Positions 19,192-23,090 of a DNA stretch of 23,090 nt are shown piece after piece; within the stretch, counting starts at the first letter, position 1, and the number at the start of each line of letters is the position of its first letter. The notes beneath the pieces are model-generated. The model had not been told where the DNA came from. It searched no databases and saw only the letters and a list, made by a program, of their open reading frames with translations. Source of the DNA: Patescibacteria group bacterium (GTDB lineage Bacteria; Patescibacteriota; Gracilibacteria; Absconditabacterales; Absconditicoccaceae); NCBI GenBank assembly GCA_017992195.1, contig JAGOPC010000014.1:1-23090 (forward strand), given 5' to 3'. The position numbers were made by a program, and so were the translations under genes.

Positions 19192-19524
19192 TTATGCGGC
19201 CTTCTTGATAGTGTTGTCCGGAGTTAACGGGATAGTAGTAGTTTTTGGCGCCTCTTCCGGGAGCGGAGTTCATGGTAGTGGCATGCCTGGTCTTGGTTTA
19301 TCTTTACTGTGTCTGTAGATAATGCGTCACTGCGTCGTGTCATACATGCTGATTTCGACGTCCACTTTGTCGCCCGGCAGTATACCGATACGATGGAGCT
19401 TCATCTTTCATCCCAATCCCGCTTTGATATCCATGTTGAGTTCAGGGATTTTGACGAGATAGCCTCCAGGTCAAAGATTTTGGACTACTTCACCGAGCAT
19501 TACAAGACCCGTTTCCTTAGCCAT
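19192..19524 (-). CDS. infA: Translation initiation factor IF-1 with a ~35-aa Pro-rich C-terminal extension, 110 aa
   Basis: Not in the track. The minus-strand frame from ATG 19522-19524 gives MAKETGLVMLGEVVQNL[G]PGGYLVKIPELNMDIKAGLG[G]KMKLHRIGILPGDKVDVEISMYDTTQ[G]RIIYRHSKDKPRPGMPLP[G]TPLPEEAPKTTTIPLTPDNTIKKAA and ends at TAA 19192-19194. TGA codons lie at 19471-73, 19408-10, 19327-29 and 19270-72. Two of them fall on the conserved IF-1 glycines (GKM and GRI.YR). The start overlaps the rplU stop by 8 nt (ATGGCTAA). Confidence 0.9.
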
Positions 19525-19834
19525 GCAGCGCAACATCTTTAATAATTAAAGTGGTTTGCAGAGGTCTGAAACCCTTGTTTCTTTCATATCTGTTCTTTCT
19601 CTTAAATTTCAGCACATTGATCTTTTCACCTTTTCCTGATCCAAGGATATCTGCCGTGATTTTCGCTTTGATAGATGGAGCACCAACCTGAACCTCCTTT
19701 CCCTCCTCATCAAAAACGGCGAGTACGGTAAAGTCAGAGAAAGTTTTTTCTTCACTATCAATAAAATCTACGACAAGCTTTGTTCCGGCTTGTACGATAT
19801 ACTGATGACCTTGTAGTTCGATAACTGCTAACAT
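19517..19834 (-). CDS. rplU: 50S ribosomal protein L21
   Basis: The 105-aa ORF contains MLAVIELQGHQYIV..G.....D.........VLAV........VG.P.....V.A........GEKINVLKFKRKNRYERNKGFRPLQT. Confidence 0.95.
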   Translation of the reverse strand: MLAVIELQGHQYIVQAGTKLVVDFIDSEEKTFSDFTVLAVFDEEGKEVQVGAPSIKAKITADILGSGKGEKINVLKFKRKNRYERNKGFRPLQTTLIIKDVALHG

Positions 19835-19874
19835 AGTGTGTAGCTTACATTAATATGATAAATTAGACTTGTTT

Positions 19875-20138
19875 TTAGACGATTTTTCCGAGTTGAGCGA
19901 GAGTGTTGTATCTTGCCTTGTTCCTCTTATATGCATGAGAGACCAAAGCTCTTAATCTCTGATATCTTCTCGCACTTGGGAACTTGTACTCGATAAACTT
20001 TCTGTATCGCTTTGTTCCATAATGCTTTTGCTTTTTTGCCTTATCAAGAATATGAGAAGCCCAAAGCTCTTTCTTATAGAAAGCGATCATCCTTTCATTC
20101 GTATTCAGATCTCCTGTTCTGTAGATAGTGAAACCCAT
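19875..20138 (-). CDS. rpsU: Probable 30S ribosomal protein S21 (divergent, 87 aa)
   Basis: This is a basic small protein. The stretch ...NERMIAFYKKELWASHILDKAKKQKHYGTKRYRK... resembles the S21 pattern (..AL.RFKR..EK.GIL.E.R.R..YEKPS..R.R). It lies in a ribosomal gene context. The assignment is by eye only. Confidence 0.5.
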   Translation of the reverse strand: MGFTIYRTGDLNTNERMIAFYKKELWASHILDKAKKQKHYGTKRYRKFIEYKFPSARRYQRLRALVSHAYKRNKARYNTLAQLGKIV

Positions 20139-20173
20139 GATAATGTATGATATGTAGAAGATTAAAAAACAAT

Positions 20174-20260
20174 TGGTGCCTGGAACCGGAATCGAACCGG
20201 TACGGGGTTAAATCCGGCGGATTTTAAGTCCGCTGCGTCTACCAATTCCGCCATCCAGGC
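20174..20260 (-). tRNA. tRNA-Leu (anticodon UAA), class II with long variable arm, CCA encoded
   Basis: The reverse complement is GCCTGGATGGCGGAATTGGTAGACGCAGCGGACTTAAAATCCGCCGGATTTAACCCCGTACCGGTTCGATTCCGGTTCCAGGCACCA. The anticodon stem is GCGGA/TCCGC with loop CT-TAA-AA. The T-arm is ACCGG-TTCGATT-CCGGT. The 7-bp acceptor stem pairs fully. Confidence 0.9.
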
Positions 20261-20279
20261 ATGGACATTGGTAATCTCA

Positions 20280-20627
20280 TTAGCTGGTAACCTGTTCGTA
20301 GATTTTCGTAAACACTTCCGGATATGCAACCGCGATATTTGAAAGCACCTTTCTATTTAAGATAATACCCTTTGCACTCATATGACCCATAAACTTGCTA
20401 TATGTCATACCTTTTGAGGTCAAAGCAGCATTGATTCTTTCGATCCAGAGTTGTCTCATGTCACGCTTCAGGAGTTTTCTCGAAGTGTACGCATGTTGTC
20501 CCTGCTTCACGAGCGCAAGTCTTACCTGCTTATAGAGAGTTCCTCTTCCGAGCTTAAACCCCTTTGCACGATCGATATATTTTTTATGTCTTGCATGTCT
20601 TTGCAAACCGTTTGATACTCTTACCAT
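20280..20627 (-). CDS. rplT: 50S ribosomal protein L20
   Basis: The 115-aa ORF contains MVRVSNGLQRHARHKKYIDRAKGFKLGR...RDMRQLWIERINAA... Confidence 0.97.
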   Translation of the reverse strand: MVRVSNGLQRHARHKKYIDRAKGFKLGRGTLYKQVRLALVKQGQHAYTSRKLLKRDMRQLWIERINAALTSKGMTYSKFMGHMSAKGIILNRKVLSNIAVAYPEVFTKIYEQVTS

Positions 20628-20629
20628 TG

Positions 20630-20833
20630 TTACCTTACGCTATGAGGAAGTAAAGTTTTGATTCTGCTCTTCTGCGTCGAAGAAAGCGTTCTACCTGTCT
20701 TACCTTGTTTTGTTGCTCTCTTTTTGTTAGTGAGCAAATGTCTTTTTTCTGCCTTATCGTGAACGTACTTATTTGTCTTCGTCACTCTGATTCTCTTGGC
20801 AGTTCCTTTGTGTGTCTTTAGCTTGCCAGCCAT
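20630..20833 (-). CDS. rpmI: 50S ribosomal protein L35
   Basis: The 67-aa ORF contains MAGKLKTHKGTAKRIRVTKTNKY...H.L..K. It occupies the infC-rpmI-rplT operon position. Confidence 0.95.
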   Translation of the reverse strand: MAGKLKTHKGTAKRIRVTKTNKYVHDKAEKRHLLTNKKRATKQGKTGRTLSSTQKSRIKTLLPHSVR

Positions 20834-20892
20834 AGTGGTTATCTACCCTTAGGGAATAAAATCATACTGAATCCGTTATTTTCATCTTTCAC

Positions 20893-21567
20893 TCATTGAG
20901 ATCTACCGAACTCTTTAAGTGCTTCCTCGATATAATGAAGTCTTTCAGCAACCTTATCTGCATATATCCTCTCTCTACCCTTCAATCTCACCGCAAATCT
21001 TACACTATATCCATCTTCCAAGAACTCTATCGATTTTTTCATTTTCAATTGTAAATCATTATCTCCGATCGTGTATCCAAACTTCACCTCTTTCATCCCC
21101 TTCGACTTCTGCGTCTTTTTCTTCTCTTTATCGTCTTTCTGCTTATTGTACATATATTTTCCATAATCTACCATCTTTGCAGTACATACCATATCCACCG
21201 GATTGTATGCGATCTGTACGAGGTCTAATCCCTGTTCACCAGCCATACGAAGCGCTTCATCTCTTGCATATGTCCCGAGAATCTGACCTTCAGCGTCCAC
21301 TATAATGATACGCGGAGCTTTAATCATCTCATTGGTAAACACTTGCCTTTGATCTCTGTTCGGCGCTCAGACCGGACGCGGTCCTTGCGGACGAGCACCC
21401 ATTGGTGCACCAGCAGGACGAGCTCCTGTAGCTCACTGAGGACGGTTTGGAAACGATCCTGGCGGCCTTGGTCATCCCGGTCTCGGTCACGATCCTTGCG
21501 GACGCGCCCCCTGCGGTCTATTTTGTCCAAACGATGGACGCGGAGATGTTGATCTTCCTTCTGACAT
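20893..21567 (-). CDS. infC: Translation initiation factor IF-3 with a ~75-aa Pro/Arg/Gly/Gln-rich N-terminal extension, 224 aa
   Basis: Track ORF 20893..21342 starts at an internal GTG. The same frame stays open upstream through TGA at 21367-69, 21433-35, 21472-74 and 21487-89 to ATG 21565-21567. This gives MSEGRSTSPRPSFGQNRPQGARPQGSGPRPGGPRPPGSFPNRPQGATGARPAGAPMGARPQGPRPVGAPNRDQRQVFTNEMIKAPRIIIVD... The segment APNR....EMIKAPRIIIVD resembles the usual IF-3 N-terminus (..RPNRIN.EIRA.EVRL.). That places the conserved protein upstream of the GTG. The exact start is uncertain; ATG 21400-21402 is an alternative. Confidence 0.8.
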
Positions 21568-21604
21568 GCAGTGATAAGGAACATAAAAGTAATATTTCTT
21601 TTTC

Positions 21605-21681
21605 TGGTACTCCCGGCGGGATTTGAACCCGCGATCTCCACCGTGAGAGGGTGGCATCCTAGACCACTAGACGACGAGAGC
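21605..21681 (-). tRNA. tRNA-Glu (anticodon CUC), CCA encoded
   Basis: The reverse complement is GCTCTCGTCGTCTAGTGGTCTAGGATGCCACCCTCTCACGGTGGAGATCGCGGGTTCAAATCCCGCCGGGAGTACCA. The anticodon stem is CCACC/GGTGG with loop CT-CTC-AC. The D-arm (TCGTCTAG.GG.C.AGGA) is Glu-type. Confidence 0.9.
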
Positions 21682-21735
21682 ATAACGTAATAATGTTTGG
21701 ATTTTTAATTTTACGAATTTTCAATTAGGTTGATC

Positions 21736-21808
21736 CGCCCCAGCATGGATTCGAACCATGAACCTACAGCTTAGAAGGCTGTTGCTCTATCCGTTGAGCT
21801 ACTGGAGC
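21736..21808 (-). tRNA. tRNA-Arg (anticodon UCU), CCA not encoded
   Basis: The reverse complement is GCTCCAGTAGCTCAACGGATAGAGCAACAGCCTTCTAAGCTGTAGGTTCATGGTTCGAATCCATGCTGGGGCG. The anticodon stem is ACAGC/GCTGT with loop CT-TCT-AA. The T-arm is CATGG-TTCGAAT-CCATG. The acceptor stem pairs, with one G:U. Confidence 0.85.
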
Positions 21809-21850
21809 CTGATTTAGATTGATGTGTTTTTAATTAATGAGTTTTATTGA

Positions 21851-22201
21851 ATGAATGATTTTTTAGAAATAATAAACAAAAATCCACGACAAGTGGTTTG
21901 CGCTAGATTGTTGCTTTATATCTTTAATGATCATTGCTCCAGTCATCAGCAAGTAACTGATGTGCCGCCTATACACATGGATAGTACAAACATGGCCACT
22001 GAAGTTATCGTGGGGGAGAATCCAGAATTATCTTCTGGCCCAGTAGGGAAAATATATGAAAGTTGGGTGCGATTGCAAGGGGTTTTTAGAGTACAGTCTT
22101 ATTTTCTTATAGCAATTGAATTCGACTCCCCTTTCTATAAAGTGTCATCCAACTGCCCGAAGGCAGCAAGATCTTTAACAAAATTATTCATAAAAACATA
22201 A
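21851..22201 (+). CDS. Doubtful hypothetical ORF (116 aa)
   Basis: The only support is that the ORF is open from ATG to TAA. I recognised no family, the composition is unremarkable, and the region could equally be the regulatory or leader region of the downstream desaturase. Confidence 0.2.
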   Translation: MNDFLEIINKNPRQVVCARLLLYIFNDHCSSHQQVTDVPPIHMDSTNMATEVIVGENPELSSGPVGKIYESWVRLQGVFRVQSYFLIAIEFDSPFYKVSSNCPKAARSLTKLFIKT

Positions 22202-22211
22202 ATAACACGTC

Positions 22212-23090
22212 ATGGAAAAAGAAAAAATAAAATTTGCCCCTACCGCGGGTAGCGGACTGAGAGAAGCTCTTATGAAGCGGGTCAATCAGTACTTTACGGA
22301 GCAAGAAATAAGCAAAAAAGGCGATTGGAGGCTGTATAGCAAGACAATCATACTCTTTACCCTGCTCCTTATAAGTTTTGCCACGGCACCTTTAGCTACA
22401 GAGCCATGGGTAGTATATATTCATTATGCGATCCGAGGACTGATCGTTGCCGGCATTGGTTTCTGTGTGATGCACGACGCATCTCACGGCTGCTATAGCG
22501 AGAACAAAACGCTGGAAAAATGGGCACTTTTTCTTGGCGGAGATGTGATGGGCCTCAGTACCTTTATCTGGGACATCAAACACGTCCAATTACATCACAC
22601 CTTCACAAACATCGAAGGGTATGACGACGACATAGCACAGTCGGCGCTGTTGCGGATGAATACTCAGCAACCCAAGAGACCTTGGCACAAATATCAGCAT
22701 ATCTATGCTATATTTCTCTACATGCTGTTGTCTATCTTTTGGATCGTCAATGATTTCAAAAGGGTATACCGAGACAAGAGAGTGATGAACAAAGAGTTCG
22801 CCATGAAACCAAAGGAGATAAGAATGTTTCTCTTAGGCAAGGCGTTATCTTTTCTGCTGTTCTTGGTTATACCGCTTTTTGTCATGCCCGTATGGTGGCA
22901 CGCTTTAGTAGGTTTTCTGATCATGCACGTAGTACTGGGATTAACGCTCTCATTAGTCTTCCAGGGGGCTCATGTGGTTGAAGAAACCGCATTTCCCGAA
23001 CCTCCGACCATGGAAGAATGGATGCTCCATCAAATCACCACAACAGCCGACTTTGACCCAAAAAACAAATGGCTATCGTGGTTCGTGGGA
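22212..23090 (+). CDS. Membrane fatty-acid desaturase (His-box, acyl-lipid/acyl-CoA 'front-end' type), partial (C-terminus beyond the window end)
   Basis: Not in the track, presumably because no stop codon falls inside the window. The frame from ATG 22212 is open to the window end (about 293 codons). The product is MEKEKIKFAPTAGSGLREALMKRVNQYFTEQEISKKGDWRLYSKT... with TM helices and His boxes 1 and 2, VMHDASHG and IKHVQLHHTFTN. The third His box would lie beyond the window. No TGA codons are present. Confidence 0.85.
   Translation, partial: MEKEKIKFAPTAGSGLREALMKRVNQYFTEQEISKKGDWRLYSKTIILFTLLLISFATAPLATEPWVVYIHYAIRGLIVAGIGFCVMHDASHGCYSENKTLEKWALFLGGDVMGLSTFIWDIKHVQLHHTFTNIEGYDDDIAQSALLRMNTQQPKRPWHKYQHIYAIFLYMLLSIFWIVNDFKRVYRDKRVMNKEFAMKPKEIRMFLLGKALSFLLFLVIPLFVMPVWWHALVGFLIMHVVLGLTLSLVFQGAHVVEETAFPEPPTMEEWMLHQITTTADFDPKNKWLSWFVG

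Noticed and set aside
1-21567. Fragmented same-frame ORFs could mean pseudogenes, frameshifts or poor assembly.
   Set aside because: Every interruption is a single in-frame TGA. No frame changes are needed, TAA/TAG never interrupt, and essential genes (infA, infC, rplQ) are affected. Systematic recoding explains this far better than decay.
1-21567. Alternative recoding: UGA=Trp (table 4, as in Mycoplasma and some symbionts).
   Set aside because: TGA falls on conserved Gly positions (GADNG, GGHSG, HAGLECG, LVGPRP, IF-1 GKM/GRI) and inside a Gly/Pro-rich repeat. Trp is abundantly encoded by TGG in the same genes.
21324-21683. Track ORF of 119 aa on the minus strand, and the + strand ORF 21343..21552.
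   Set aside because: The minus ORF starts inside tRNA-Glu and is out of frame with infC. Both are by-products of the GC-rich low-complexity infC extension, where all frames tend to stay open.
20174-21808. One of the three tRNAs might be the recoding tRNA-Gly(UCA).
   Set aside because: Folding them by hand gives anticodons UAA (Leu), CUC (Glu) and UCU (Arg). None reads UGA. The responsible tRNA must be elsewhere in the genome.
22212-23090. Zero TGA codons in the desaturase as evidence for recent horizontal transfer from a standard-code donor.
   Set aside because: At the window-average rate (roughly 1 TGA per 130 codons by hand count) only about 2 are expected in 293 codons. Zero is therefore not unusual, and rpoA also has none in 331 codons. 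The HGT question needs phylogeny and composition analysis, not this count.
1-23090. CRISPR arrays, transposases, integrases, toxin-antitoxin pairs, restriction-modification or other known defence systems.
   Set aside because: I saw no direct-repeat/spacer periodicity and no recognisable motifs of these families on either strand after recoding. The tRNA cluster has no adjacent integrase, and the 3' ends of the tRNAs face the ribosomal block rather than the desaturase side.

Overview
This window only makes sense if TGA is read as glycine (NCBI translation table 25), the code used by the CPR lineages Gracilibacteria (BD1-5) and Absconditabacteria (SR1). The standard-code ORF track is therefore badly fragmented. 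By hand count, about 49 in-frame TGA codons lie inside 12 genes. Several sit at family-conserved Gly positions in PepD, IF-1, a polyprenyl sugar-phosphate transferase and L17. TGG is still used for Trp, and every re-joined gene ends in TAA or TAG.

After recoding the window is almost fully coding.

(i) 1-6740, minus strand, is a co-oriented envelope-type block. It holds a WbaP-like sugar transferase, a 1154-aa orphan protein that the track splits into four ORFs, and a secreted protein with a Cys-rich repeat and DUF11 repeats that runs off the left edge.

(ii) 6844-14574 is a mixed housekeeping and accessory stretch. It holds CutA, a membrane protein whose C-terminal half appears only after recoding, and a PepD dipeptidase with 15 TGA codons that is absent from the track. 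It also holds a membrane-anchored hypothetical, an RluA-type pseudouridine synthase, a 735-aa secreted beta-propeller protein, adk and a cold-shock protein.

(iii) 15031-21808, minus strand, is a translation supercluster. In transcription order: tRNA-Arg(UCU), tRNA-Glu(CUC), infC-rpmI-rplT, tRNA-Leu(UAA), S21-like, rplU, infA, rpmJ, rpsM, rpsK, rpsD, rpoA, rplQ, rplM, rpsI.

(iv) Beyond the tRNAs lie a doubtful small ORF and a fatty-acid desaturase that runs off the right edge.

The items most worth follow-up are:
- the recoding itself and its very uneven use between genes;
- the giant orphan protein and its secreted neighbour;
- low-complexity extensions on IF-3 and IF-1;
- a terminator-bounded, roughly 270-nt non-coding island with a perfect 12-bp hairpin;
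- a desaturase in a lineage not expected to make lipids.

I saw no CRISPR array, transposase, integrase or rRNA. I recognised no known defence or mobile system. All family assignments come from motif recognition by eye, not from searches.
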